39,526 bases of DNA from Candidatus Micrarchaeota archaeon (GCA_013153395.1 JAADEL010000028.1:1-39526), one strand, 5' to 3'; counted from the first letter of the stretch, positions 1-8,755 are shown. Notes: a model not told the origin generated them from the sequence alone. Translations and numbers: made by a program.

Positions 1-547
1 TCGGGAAAATAAGCTCTACCTGAGGAGCCTGGTAATCATCGATAGAACAATAATAAGTACATTCATTGGGAAATCCATAATCTGACCAACCATCCGCATT
101 ATCACATTGGTTTTCTGTTCCATTAGAAGTGTCCCAGCCGGTAGGGCTATAAAAATCCCATTGATTGTTGAAACAAACCCGATTATCAAAGGCATAGATA
201 TCGGCGTATTCTCCGTATATTCCATATTCGTTGCCCTCCACCTGATTATTAGTAAGATAAACATTATCGGAGCGATTTAAGTAAATCCCGTATTGAAATC
301 CTTCTACATAACAATTGGAAATGGCCGTATTATCTATGGGAACATAGATTCCGATGCTGGAGTTGTTTCCTATAATATGATGGCCATTACAATCTAACTT
401 AGAGGCCTTAAGGTCAATACAAACATCTCCAGAGGCAACAATATCTTGAGTGAGGATGATTTCCTCAGTAACGTTGCTACAGCTCTCACAAGAATCACAA
501 TAGACAGCGCCGCTCGCAATGGCCACTAAAAAGAGCCATAAAAGCAT
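1..547 (-). CDS. Secreted parallel beta-helix (PbH1/NosD-like) repeat protein; 3' end lies outside the window
   Basis: Absent from the ORF track because it runs off the window. My translation from the ATG at 547 begins MLLWLFLVAIASGAVYCDSCESCSN, a signal peptide followed by a Cys-rich stretch. Repeats then follow, such as GIYVPIDNTAISNCYVEGFQYGIYLNRSDNVYLTNNQVEGNEYGIY, typical of right-handed beta-helix proteins. The start is 5 nt downstream of the PolD-small stop at 552. Confidence 0.6.
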   Translation of the reverse strand, partial: MLLWLFLVAIASGAVYCDSCESCSNVTEEIILTQDIVASGDVCIDLKASKLDCNGHHIIGNNSSIGIYVPIDNTAISNCYVEGFQYGIYLNRSDNVYLTNNQVEGNEYGIYGEYADIYAFDNRVCFNNQWDFYSPTGWDTSNGTENQCDNADGWSDYGFPNECTYYCSIDDYQAPQVELIFP

Positions 548-551
548 CAAC

Positions 552-1940
552 CTATTCTAGAAAATTTACCTTAAAAAACTTTTTTTGTTTAGGTGTGAAG
601 ATGTATACTTCTCCAGGTGTGGGAATGAGGTTTTGTTTGGCTTGATAGGGGGTTTGTTCCTGGAATGCACCGGAGTTGAGCACAATCACCCCTCGATGCT
701 TTTTTACCCCTACTCTATGCACGTGACCTGTCTGAAACACATGAGGCACCATATCAATTACCAGAAAATCCATGGGCAATGGTGTTATAAGGTTATATCC
801 ATAGATAGAAGAGAGATGTCTGCGTCTCAGCATCTCCACCGCTCCATCTACGGGATTTTCATAGCTTAAACGGGGGATAGAAGCAATATAGGAATCCAAT
901 GAGGTTCCATGATAAAGGAGGTGTAGCAAACCATGGGCCTTCACATAGGCGGGATTGGGTAAAAGATGAACATCAGTGGTGAAATAAGAGGGATCAATGG
1001 CCTCAGAGGGCTCAGCTCTTCTTACCGCATCATGGTTGCCAGGGATAACTATCTTTTCTATGTAATCGGGAATCTCAGACAAAAAGGCATCAAAGAGCTT
1101 ATACTGCCCTTCAATATCTACCTCCTCTAGTTCCTTCTCTTGATTAGGGTAGATTCCAATCCCATCCACATTATCTCCTCCTATCATAATATACTTGATT
1201 TTCTTTCGGAGGTCGCCAAGTAAATCGTTTTTTCCCTGGAGAGCATCCAAAAGCCTTTGAATAGCCTTTTTTGCCAGGTACTTGCTTCCAAAATGGGTAT
1301 CAGAGATATACATAATAGCAATATCATCTTCCACAGTCGGCAAACTCTGAGGTCTCACATCAGGGAACTCAATATCCTCAATAATGCCAATGCTGCCCAG
1401 CCAGGTTCCTTTTATCCGGATAATATCGTCCTTGAGGACCTCCTCCGATGCCCACTTAAACAAAGGACTGTCCTTTCTCAGGATGAACTGTTTGATGCCG
1501 GTAAGGTCCTCACACTGAAAAGAGAGATTTCCGTTTTTGGTTTTGAGTTTATCGTAAACCATGCACACCAGCGAGAACTTCTGCTTCTCCTTGAGATCTT
1601 TGATTTCTACCTCAGGATACTTATCATCAAATCCTGAGAAGAGGATCTTGATGCGCTCAAACCGATTCCTGAAATACTTTATAAAATCCTCAATAGAAGA
1701 AGTGGTGCGAGTATTGGAGGAGTTATACCTATGTTCAAAAAACTCCAGTTGGGGAGAAACATCCTTGGCCTCTATCTCCTCCGATTGTTGAATCACAGTC
1801 CTTGTTTTCAGAATCTCTACTATCTTATCCGCTGTCACAAATCCCTTGACCGGATTTTCAAAGAGGTATTCTCTTACATAGGCCTGTTCCTGAGGAGAAA
1901 GAGTATTAAAAAAAGAAAGAGCCTTTTCAGTAAATCTCAT
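552..1940 (-). CDS. DNA polymerase II (PolD) small subunit DP1
   Basis: 462 aa. Calcineurin-like phosphoesterase motifs are present: ISDTHFGS, GGDNVDG, PGNHDA and GHVHR. An N-terminal OB-like region typical of archaeal DP1 precedes them. Confidence 0.9.
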   Translation of the reverse strand: MRFTEKALSFFNTLSPQEQAYVREYLFENPVKGFVTADKIVEILKTRTVIQQSEEIEAKDVSPQLEFFEHRYNSSNTRTTSSIEDFIKYFRNRFERIKILFSGFDDKYPEVEIKDLKEKQKFSLVCMVYDKLKTKNGNLSFQCEDLTGIKQFILRKDSPLFKWASEEVLKDDIIRIKGTWLGSIGIIEDIEFPDVRPQSLPTVEDDIAIMYISDTHFGSKYLAKKAIQRLLDALQGKNDLLGDLRKKIKYIMIGGDNVDGIGIYPNQEKELEEVDIEGQYKLFDAFLSEIPDYIEKIVIPGNHDAVRRAEPSEAIDPSYFTTDVHLLPNPAYVKAHGLLHLLYHGTSLDSYIASIPRLSYENPVDGAVEMLRRRHLSSIYGYNLITPLPMDFLVIDMVPHVFQTGHVHRVGVKKHRGVIVLNSGAFQEQTPYQAKQNLIPTPGEVYIFTPKQKKFFKVNFLE

Positions 1941-2182
1941 TGATCCCTGATGGACTCCAGCGTGCTTATAATCTGCAACAAAGCAATACGGGTATGCTGC
2001 ATCAGGTTAGGTTCATCGATAGTTTTTTCTAGCTCATAAACAGCTGAGGAAATCCTCACCGGGAGCTCTTTTTCTTCATTAAGGAGTTCTTCTTTAGCAT
2101 TCTGAAGAGCCTGTCTCACATTCTTGGGCAAACCAGGTTCGGTAGAAAGCCTCTCAATCTGTTTTACTATTTCCTCAATCAT
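1937..2182 (-). CDS. UPF0147 family small helical protein
   Basis: 81 aa. LPKNVRQALQNAKEELL and DEPNLMQHTRIALLQIISTLESI match the conserved archaeal UPF0147 pattern (PRNIRRAA ... DPNMP.HTR ... LESI). It overlaps the DP1 start by 4 nt. Confidence 0.8.
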   Translation of the reverse strand: MIEEIVKQIERLSTEPGLPKNVRQALQNAKEELLNEEKELPVRISSAVYELEKTIDEPNLMQHTRIALLQIISTLESIRDQ

Positions 2183-2242
2183 GGTATCCCCACCCCCATA
2201 TTTAATCCATAGGGTTTAAATCTTTTAAACCAATAAACCTAT

Positions 2243-2902
2243 GTGAAAGAACTAGACCCTTTATCCGAAGATAACGTATTCGAGGATTATTATGATGTAA
2301 TTTATAGGGCGCAGTATGACGAAGATGTCCAAATCAAGGATCCAGAAGGATTTATGGAGTGGGCTGCTCGAAAGGTGGAGAGCGCCCAAGAGGAGTTTGG
2401 GATGTCTCCTCCTGCCTTTTTCCTCTTTGTACTCCAGCTCTTGAGAAAAAAGGGCATTCCCTATTACACCTTTTTGGATGAGATTAAAAGCAAGCGCATC
2501 CTTTTATTAGGAGTAGCTGAACTTGCCAAACACGACCCGGAGTTGTTAGAGGACCTCCTAAAGAAAAACCTCACTATCCTAAGCATCTTCAAGAAGCTTC
2601 CTTCCGATATGAGAAAGCCCTTTAAAGACACTCTATCCATCGTGGCTCGAACTGAGATTGGTGAGATGCAGTATCAGGCCTTAGAGGCTCTTTCCGACCT
2701 TATCTACGAGGATCCTGACCTGATGGAGTTCTTTTACTCTCTCCTCCATGATTGGGATGATAAGGTAAGGCATATTGTGCTAAAGGCGCTGGCAAAACAG
2801 CCTAATGAAGAAACGAAAAGGCGCGTAAAGGCCATTAAATACGATGAGAACAATGAAAACAATTTAAAACTAATCGAGTATATTTTATCATACGATGGTT
2901 GA
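2243..2902 (+). CDS. Hypothetical protein with a HEAT/PBS-lyase-like repeat
   Basis: 219 aa with a GTG start. The protein is helical, and HDWDDKVRHIVLKALAKQ resembles a HEAT_PBS repeat. No other family was recognised. Confidence 0.45.
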   Translation: MKELDPLSEDNVFEDYYDVIYRAQYDEDVQIKDPEGFMEWAARKVESAQEEFGMSPPAFFLFVLQLLRKKGIPYYTFLDEIKSKRILLLGVAELAKHDPELLEDLLKKNLTILSIFKKLPSDMRKPFKDTLSIVARTEIGEMQYQALEALSDLIYEDPDLMEFFYSLLHDWDDKVRHIVLKALAKQPNEETKRRVKAIKYDENNENNLKLIEYILSYDG

Positions 2903-3419
2903 GTATGTAAAGGTTCCCAAAAAGCGTGTAAAAGCAATAAAAGATGCTCAAGAGTCCATTGAGAAGAAGCTCAAAGTAAAGCTTAGCTTTGAGGATAACA
3001 ACATCCGCATAGATCCAGGAGAAGAAGGTGACCTTTACACAGCTACCCTCTATGTTCAAGCAATGGGCAGAGGGTTCTCCCCTAAAGAAGCGGACCTTCT
3101 CCTCAATCCCGATTACTCTCTCACGGTGATTGACCTTCAAGACCATTTCAATACCAAAAACCGCATCCACGTCATGAAAGGCCGCATTATTGGAAGAAAG
3201 GGTAGCATGAAGCTAGAGCTCGAAAGAGCCACCGACAGCAAGATCTCCGTATACGGAAACACCGTAGCAATCATTGCTCCTTTCTATGGATTGCCCAAGC
3301 TTAGGGAGGCCTTGAACATGTTGTTGGGCGGAGCAAAGCACTCCACCGTCTTCAACTATCTTTCCAAAGCTCGCCAGATGATTAATCGGGATAAGCTGGC
3401 AGGGTTTAAGCGGCTGTAG
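2895..3419 (+). CDS. KH-domain RNA-binding protein (archaeal Dim2/Pno1-like)
   Basis: 174 aa. The tandem KH-like layout includes RIIGRKGSMKLELERATDSKISVYGNTVAIIAP (GxxG-type loop). The start overlaps the previous stop by 8 nt (ATGGTTGA). Confidence 0.7.
   Translation: MVEYVKVPKKRVKAIKDAQESIEKKLKVKLSFEDNNIRIDPGEEGDLYTATLYVQAMGRGFSPKEADLLLNPDYSLTVIDLQDHFNTKNRIHVMKGRIIGRKGSMKLELERATDSKISVYGNTVAIIAPFYGLPKLREALNMLLGGAKHSTVFNYLSKARQMINRDKLAGFKRL
3381..3386 (+). promoter_or_regulatory. TATA-like element for tRNA-Gly, embedded in the KH-protein coding sequence
   Basis: ATTAAT is centred 26.5 nt upstream of tRNA position 1 (3410). Confidence 0.3.
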
Positions 3420-3480
3420 TCTAGGGGCAGGATGCCGGCTTCCCAAGCCGGCGACCCGGGTTCGAATCCCGGCAGCCGCA
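3410..3480 (+). tRNA. tRNA-Gly (anticodon CCC), no encoded CCA
   Basis: Hand fold of the cloverleaf:
- Acceptor stem GCGGCTG/CAGCCGC.
- D arm GTCT-AGGGGCA-GGAT.
- Anticodon stem CCGGC/GCCGG with loop TTCCCAA.
- Variable region CGAC.
- T arm CCGGG-TTCGAAT-CCCGG.
- Discriminator A.
The gene is followed by TTT rather than CCA. Confidence 0.85.
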
Positions 3481-3488
3481 TTTAAAAG
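3481..3488 (+). promoter_or_regulatory. TATA box for 3509 gene
   Basis: TTTAAAAG is centred 24.5 nt upstream of the ATG at 3509. Confidence 0.4.
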
Positions 3489-3489
3489 G

Positions 3490-3496
3490 TTTTTTT
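3490..3496 (+). terminator. Oligo-T tract downstream of tRNA-Gly
   Basis: A T7 run starts 10 nt after the tRNA 3' end. Archaeal RNAP terminates at oligo-T. Confidence 0.35.
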
Positions 3497-3508
3497 CAAC
3501 AATTAAGC

Positions 3509-4399
3509 ATGGGAATCCGTATATCCCAAGTAATAAATGACATTCTTCGCTATCTTCAAGACAGACATTTTTTAGAAAAGGAGTTGATTGTGGATACTAT
3601 TTATACTCTCTATGTGATGGCTGTGCTCATATTTTTAGGTGTAATATTCGTGGTTGAAACCGGGATTAATGTTTATGAGATGATAAGCGATATTGGGGAG
3701 TACTATAAAGGCATCCTAAAACTAGTAACTCGAGCATTCCCTATAAAAACGGTGATCTTGTTGGTGGGATGGTTGTTTCTTGTGGCGCCCGTTCTTGGCT
3801 GGCATTACTATTATCTCACCAATCTTATTGCGTTGTTTCCTAAGAAGTCCTGGGATGAGCTTCTAGCACCTGTATTCGGAATTAGCCTGGCAGAAAGAAT
3901 AAAAGGAATAGTGGTTTGGACAGGCTATATATATGGTTTAGCATTAGGGGTGATTGCCCTCATGGCGTTGAGTATATTGTTGATAAAGGGATTGGCGGGC
4001 TGGATTGTGGCCATCCTATGGCCTTTGATATTCTTCCCTTACACCATATATGCTCCACAACTCTACTTCCTCCACAAGGTTTATACCAAATCCAACCTTC
4101 AGGCCCTCACCAAGGCAATCGCGGATGTAACTCACTTTTACCTGGACTTCGTGTTATTAACCATTGTGATAACAGGATTAGGAAGCTTGGCAGGATTAGT
4201 AGCTTGGGCAATCAGCCTGGTGCTCAAGGCCACAGGTATTGGTTTCTTCCCTTCTTTCCTCTGGGATTATCTGGTTAATTGGTATATTGCTCAGATTCCT
4301 AGAGTGGCTACGGTCTCCGCCTTCCAACAACTTCATTGGCAGCCTTCAGAAGAACAACGTGATCAATCATCGCAAGAATCTCCACATTCTGAGGAGTGA
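3509..4399 (+). CDS. Polytopic membrane protein, unknown function
   Basis: 296 aa with at least 6 hydrophobic spans. The hydrophilic low-complexity tail (SEEQRDQSSQESPHSEE) overlaps the convergent gene. Confidence 0.6.
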   Translation: MGIRISQVINDILRYLQDRHFLEKELIVDTIYTLYVMAVLIFLGVIFVVETGINVYEMISDIGEYYKGILKLVTRAFPIKTVILLVGWLFLVAPVLGWHYYYLTNLIALFPKKSWDELLAPVFGISLAERIKGIVVWTGYIYGLALGVIALMALSILLIKGLAGWIVAILWPLIFFPYTIYAPQLYFLHKVYTKSNLQALTKAIADVTHFYLDFVLLTIVITGLGSLAGLVAWAISLVLKATGIGFFPSFLWDYLVNWYIAQIPRVATVSAFQQLHWQPSEEQRDQSSQESPHSEE

Positions 4400-5105
4400 T
4401 GCCCTCTTTTTTCATGTATTCGGCAAACTTCTTTCTTACTTCGTGAGCCCCTGAAAAGCTATTGGTAAATAATTGAACTATGCTGGCTGCAGGCGGATGG
4501 GGCAAGAAAAACTTCGCATCCTTATAGAGCTCTTCATCTTGAGCCAGCTTCACAAGCAGCCTATAGGCCAAGGAAACATATTCCTCTCCCCAATCCAAAG
4601 GAGAATTTATAAGCTCGTCAGAACGGAGTATCCCCTTAAGCCAGAAGAAAAAGGGCAGCGTAAAGACAGGGGTGGGATGGCTGCGAGGAGCATACATCAC
4701 AAATCCCAGGGCAGTATCATGTCCCCATTTCTTTACTATGTCATCGACTTCTAGGTTAGGCAGGCCCATCTTCCCCACATAGGTAAGTTCTTCCACATCT
4801 AACAGAGGGAATCCTCTCCATTTTCGGGATGCGGTCATCAAAGTGGCAAACACCAGAGGATCCTCCCGAGCCAGTTGAGCAATAGCCTCAGCATGGGCAG
4901 AAGAGTAGGACATATGCTTCAAAAGCTCCTTCCTTAGCTTTACTACTTCAGCCTTTTTAGAGCGATGTAGCCTAAGAAGCTTCTTTCCCACTTCCCGGGG
5001 CTTCATAAAAAGAGTGATTTTCAGCTTGGAACCTAAATCATTGGCCTTTTCCTTAAGTTGTTTCACACTATCCTCGGGAACAGGATATACCTTGATGTTT
5101 TCCAC
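4308..5105 (-). CDS. Hypothetical helical protein (start re-assigned)
   Basis: The track ORF is 4308..5270, but residues 1-37 overlap the GTPase gene on the other strand. The ATG at 5159 shares CATG with the opposing start at 5158 and has no TATA. The in-frame GTG at 5105 lies 26.5 nt from the TTTAAAAA box at 5128-5135. The ATG at 5006 is an alternative. No family was recognised. Confidence 0.5.
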   Translation of the reverse strand: MENIKVYPVPEDSVKQLKEKANDLGSKLKITLFMKPREVGKKLLRLHRSKKAEVVKLRKELLKHMSYSSAHAEAIAQLAREDPLVFATLMTASRKWRGFPLLDVEELTYVGKMGLPNLEVDDIVKKWGHDTALGFVMYAPRSHPTPVFTLPFFFWLKGILRSDELINSPLDWGEEYVSLAYRLLVKLAQDEELYKDAKFFLPHPPAASIVQLFTNSFSGAHEVRKKFAEYMKKEGITPQNVEILAMIDHVVLLKAANEVVGRRRP

Positions 5106-5127
5106 TGTTTTAATAAGTGATTGTTGG

Positions 5128-5135
5128 TTTAAAAA
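5128..5135. promoter_or_regulatory. Shared TATA box for divergent genes starting at 5105(-) and 5158(+)
   Basis: TTTAAAAA is centred at 5131.5, 26.5 nt from both the ATG at 5158 and the in-frame GTG at 5105. Confidence 0.45.
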
Positions 5136-5157
5136 GATTTGGGGGTAAAGAGAGGGC

Positions 5158-6297
5158 ATGGAGATAGGTCTTGTGGGAAAGCCCTCTGTGGGCAAAAGCA
5201 CCTTTTTTTCTGCTATCACCATGATTGATGTTCCTATTAGCGATAGGCCCTTTACCACCATAGAGCCCAACGTAGGTGTGGGCTATGTGAGGGTAGAGGA
5301 TTTGGGAGTGGAATTGGGGGTTCAGTCCAACCCAAGATCCGGTTTCATTCTGGGGAAGTATAGGTTTGTGCCTGTGAAGATAATAGATGTGGCAGGTCTT
5401 GTTCCAGGTGCCCATGAAGGAAGAGGTCTGGGAAACAAGTTCTTGAACGACCTTAACCAGGCCGAAGGTCTCCTCCATATCATCGACCTCTCAGGGTCCA
5501 CCGATGAAGAGGGAAACTTCGTAGGTTATGGAAAGTATGATCCTGAAAAGGACATCCTTTTCTTGGAAAGGGAATTGGACTTCTGGTATAAAGATATCTT
5601 GGAAAGAAATAGGCCCAAGATAGAGAGAGAAATCAAGGCCGGTAAGGAGCCCTGGGAGGCCCTTTATAGCGTGTTTTCCTCCTTGCGGGTAACAGAGGAA
5701 GTGGCAAGGGAGGCAATGGAAAAGTATGACTTGAATTCAGAGGAGTTGCCCCAGTTCTTGAGGAAGAAAAGCAAGAAGATTGTGATTGTGGGAAATAAGA
5801 AGGATGCGCCCCATGCGATGGAAAACTACGATAGATTGAAGGATAGATGGGATATTATTCCGGTGTCGGCAGAGGCAGAGCTTGCTCTAAGAAAGGCGGC
5901 CAAAGCCGGGCTTATCAAGTATGTTTATGGCGAGAGCGATTTTGAGATAATAGGGGAGTTGAATGAGAAGCAGCGGGAGGCATTAGAAAGAATACGGAAG
6001 ATAATGCCCACCAATGTGCAGCAAGCCTTGGAACATTTGGTGTTTGATGTGCTGGGATATGTGGCGGTGTTTCCAGCAGGAAGCAAGCTCAAAGACAAGC
6101 AAGGCAGGGTGCTGCCCGATTGCTTCCTTATGAAAAAAGGCTCCACAGTAATGGACTTTGCCAAAACCATCCACAGCGATATTGCCAAAGGGCTTTTATA
6201 CGGCATAGATTTGAGGACAAAAAGAAGGCTGGCAAAGGACTACGTGCTCAAGCATAGGGATGCTATAGAGCTGGTAAGCGCAGGCTCTCGAGGGTAG
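5158..6297 (+). CDS. Obg-family P-loop GTPase/ATPase (YchF/DRG-like) with C-terminal TGS domain
   Basis: 379 aa. G1 is GKPSVGKST, followed by FTTIEPNVG and NKKD. The C-terminal stretch VAVFPAG...[19 protein letters not shown]...RDAIELV is a TGS fold signature. Confidence 0.85.
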   Translation: MEIGLVGKPSVGKSTFFSAITMIDVPISDRPFTTIEPNVGVGYVRVEDLGVELGVQSNPRSGFILGKYRFVPVKIIDVAGLVPGAHEGRGLGNKFLNDLNQAEGLLHIIDLSGSTDEEGNFVGYGKYDPEKDILFLERELDFWYKDILERNRPKIEREIKAGKEPWEALYSVFSSLRVTEEVAREAMEKYDLNSEELPQFLRKKSKKIVIVGNKKDAPHAMENYDRLKDRWDIIPVSAEAELALRKAAKAGLIKYVYGESDFEIIGELNEKQREALERIRKIMPTNVQQALEHLVFDVLGYVAVFPAGSKLKDKQGRVLPDCFLMKKGSTVMDFAKTIHSDIAKGLLYGIDLRTKRRLAKDYVLKHRDAIELVSAGSRG

Positions 6298-6298
6298 G

Positions 6299-6306
6299 TT
6301 TTTAAA
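6299..6306 (+). promoter_or_regulatory. TATA box for the CBS gene
   Basis: TTTTTAAA is centred 25.5 nt upstream of the ATG at 6328. Confidence 0.4.
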
Positions 6307-6327
6307 GTCTTGGATAAGAAGAAAAGC

Positions 6328-7389
6328 ATGGAGCTTGTAACCGTAAAGATAACGGATAAGATTGCCGACGTTTTCAATGAACTTCTGAAAAAGGATGCCG
6401 TTGTAGCCGTAGTGGATCAGAAGGGAAAGTTCTTGGGAGTGCCTGACAAGAAACACCTCCGCATATTAAAGCAGGACAAAAACGCCAAGGTAGAGAGGAT
6501 TTTAAGGACAGTGACTCCTGTGCTGGAGAGCGAGAGAGACGACCTAGAAAAGGTGCTTAGATCCTTTATCGAGTATCCAAAGGCAGTGTTCATTGTAAAC
6601 AAGAATAAGAAGCTGGTGGACTTCATCCCAAAGAAGGATGTGGTGGGAGAATTCTTGGATTTTGTACCTAATATCAGGGTAGATGATATAATGCAGCAAG
6701 GAGTATATCTGGTGGATGAGAATAAGACCTTGCAGGAGGCAAAGGCCATGATGAGGGCCTTTCAAACCGATGTCCTCATCGTGAGCGACAAGAAAGGTCA
6801 GCCTCTAGGAATGATTACCTATGATGACTTGATTATTGCGGCCGCATTGTTTGATACCAAAGGCAGAAAGGACCTTGTGGAAAGAAAAATACCGCCGGAT
6901 GCAAAGCTCCGCGTTAAGGACATTATCTATGAGCCTGTGATTACTACCAAGAGAAGTGCTCTATTGCCTAAGGTAGTGAAGAAGATGGTAAAAGAGGAGG
7001 ATATTGCCGTAGTAATGGACCTAAAGAGACCGGTGGGAATGTTCTCTATCAAGGATGTGGCCAAGGTAGCATTGGAGTTTGTGAAGGCAGAGGATCCTTC
7101 TATTGAGGTTCTCGGATTGGCGGAAGAAGACGAGATTTTCTTGGAGGATATAAAGCGAGAGCTCAAGCGCCTCAAGGAGAAGATTGGAAAGATAAAAAGG
7201 GTTGATAAGGTAGTGTTGTTTTTAAAGCAGTCCAAGGGAGCTTTCAGAGCAAAGCTCACTATCACAGGTGAGGAAATCATCCACATTGAAGAAGATGGCT
7301 ATGACCTAGGGGGATTGCTAAAACGATTGGTGAAGATGGCAACGTTAAAGATAAAAAAACTAAAGCCCAATAAAAAGCGTAGCAAATGA
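6328..7389 (+). CDS. Four-CBS-domain protein with C-terminal RaiA/HPF-like domain
   Basis: The track ORF starts at TTG 6310; the ATG at 6328 lies 25.5 nt from the TTTTTAAA box at 6299-6306. Four CBS-like units are visible (for example VDDIMQQGVYLVDENKTLQEAKAMMRAFQTDVLIVSDKKGQPLGMITYDDL). The last ~95 aa show a beta-alpha-beta-beta-beta-alpha pattern resembling ribosome hibernation factors. Confidence 0.7.
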   Translation: MELVTVKITDKIADVFNELLKKDAVVAVVDQKGKFLGVPDKKHLRILKQDKNAKVERILRTVTPVLESERDDLEKVLRSFIEYPKAVFIVNKNKKLVDFIPKKDVVGEFLDFVPNIRVDDIMQQGVYLVDENKTLQEAKAMMRAFQTDVLIVSDKKGQPLGMITYDDLIIAAALFDTKGRKDLVERKIPPDAKLRVKDIIYEPVITTKRSALLPKVVKKMVKEEDIAVVMDLKRPVGMFSIKDVAKVALEFVKAEDPSIEVLGLAEEDEIFLEDIKRELKRLKEKIGKIKRVDKVVLFLKQSKGAFRAKLTITGEEIIHIEEDGYDLGGLLKRLVKMATLKIKKLKPNKKRSK

Positions 7390-7802
7390 AAGGTCAATTG
7401 TCGTTAGAAGTATTGTTGGTGCTAGGGCTCATCTTCGTGTTTTTAATCCCCATTTTGTTTTACTTCTTTTATGAGTATATGTTGGTTTCTGACCACATGA
7501 CACGAGAGTACGCCATCCAGTGGATTATGGACTTGGAAAGAGTGGCTGAAAACGTCTATTATGGAGGACCAGGAACAAGGATCGTGATGGACCAGATGTT
7601 GCCCACCTCTATAAAAAGCATCCAAGTAAAGGAGGTCTCTAACGGCACCTTGGTGGTATATGAGTTTGTGGATGGCACCCAGATTGTAAGCTATTTCCCG
7701 ATGTCTGTGGTGCTAGCAGGAGGAAACTGGGATGCACTAACAAGCTTTAAAATAAAAGTAGAAAACAAAAACGGAACGGTGGAGATAAGCCCGGCTTCTT
7801 AA
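7386..7802 (+). CDS. Class III signal peptide protein (archaeal type IV pilin-like)
   Basis: 138 aa. The N terminus is MKGQLSLEVLLVLGLIFVFLIP, a KG/Q prepilin-peptidase-type site with the QxSxExxxL-like motif followed by a hydrophobic helix. It has an ATGA overlap with the CBS gene. Confidence 0.65.
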   Translation: MKGQLSLEVLLVLGLIFVFLIPILFYFFYEYMLVSDHMTREYAIQWIMDLERVAENVYYGGPGTRIVMDQMLPTSIKSIQVKEVSNGTLVVYEFVDGTQIVSYFPMSVVLAGGNWDALTSFKIKVENKNGTVEISPAS

Positions 7803-8746
7803 AGTAAGTGGATAGCTACCTTTCTTTCTCCTGGCAAGATACCTCCATGGCCCCATTTATTCTTGGACTTTATATAAGGAAAATCGAATCCATAGCCTTC
7901 TTTAGCAAGCACGACGGTCTGGCCATTCCGCTCCTTAATAAGAGGAGTGAGTGGGCGTTTTAGAATATTCTCTAAAGGATGTATGGTTATTCCCGGCAAT
8001 CCTTGAAGATGGTATTGTACTACCTCCACTGGCAGCTGATAGAAAGCAGACCTTTCTCCTCCTACTGGTAGATTTCCCTTTATTTTAGGTAAGAACACCT
8101 TGGTAGAGCTATTCACCAATCCATGATCCCCAAACACATAGAGATGCATATCAGAAGGCAATATTTCCTTTCGGAGCTTGGTAACAATTCGTTCTAGTTT
8201 GTGAATCTCCTCATAATAAGGTTGAGTTCTTCCATGCTTGTGGAGCACGCTGTCAGGATGCTTCCAGTGCACAAACACAAACCTATAGCGATTGTAAGGA
8301 ATGCGTTCTAGATAGCTAAGGTCTTCGGGGAGCTCATGGACGAAGGGAGAGTCTTTCACAGTAGGTTGATAAGGCCAATGAGTATAATAACCAAAGGGAA
8401 TGCCATCCCTTTCCAGAATATCTACCAATCTTCTTTTTAACAACCCCTCACGGCGCATATAATCCAAAGAAAGGGTGTTGCCCTCAAGGTCTTTGCCCTC
8501 TAAAGGAATAATGATATTACCTCGGGAGTCTCGGATAAACCACTCGAAGATGGCATGTCCATAGACTGGAGTACGGGTGTGGAGAGTAAAGAAGAAAGGG
8601 GTGCTAGAAGGAGGAAACACTGTATCTATCACTTTGACCTCGGCATCCACGTTTAGATGGTAATTTCCAAGGCCGTCCGCTAGCAACACCATAACACGTT
8701 CTCCGCGATAGACCTTATCAAAAAGGGTGGAAAGGAATGTGTCCAT
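7799..8746 (-). CDS. Alkaline-phosphatase-superfamily protein (nucleotide pyrophosphatase/PglZ-like core), paralogue 2
   Basis: 315 aa. Motifs are LLADGLG, VFPPSSTPFFFTLHT (nucleophile region), FGDHGL and GHGG. It is clearly paralogous to 8756..9685. Confidence 0.6.
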   Translation of the reverse strand: MDTFLSTLFDKVYRGERVMVLLADGLGNYHLNVDAEVKVIDTVFPPSSTPFFFTLHTRTPVYGHAIFEWFIRDSRGNIIIPLEGKDLEGNTLSLDYMRREGLLKRRLVDILERDGIPFGYYTHWPYQPTVKDSPFVHELPEDLSYLERIPYNRYRFVFVHWKHPDSVLHKHGRTQPYYEEIHKLERIVTKLRKEILPSDMHLYVFGDHGLVNSSTKVFLPKIKGNLPVGGERSAFYQLPVEVVQYHLQGLPGITIHPLENILKRPLTPLIKERNGQTVVLAKEGYGFDFPYIKSKNKWGHGGILPGERKVAIHLL

Positions 8747-8755
8747 AGATGATTA

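Noticed and set aside
5106-5270. N-terminal extension of the 4308..5270 ORF, with candidate starts at 5270 or at the ATG at 5159.
   Set aside because: It would overlap the conserved P-loop N terminus of the GTPase gene on the opposite strand. The ATG at 5159 shares CATG with the opposing start and has no upstream TATA box. The GTG at 5105 fits the shared TATA geometry. The ATG at 5006 remains possible.
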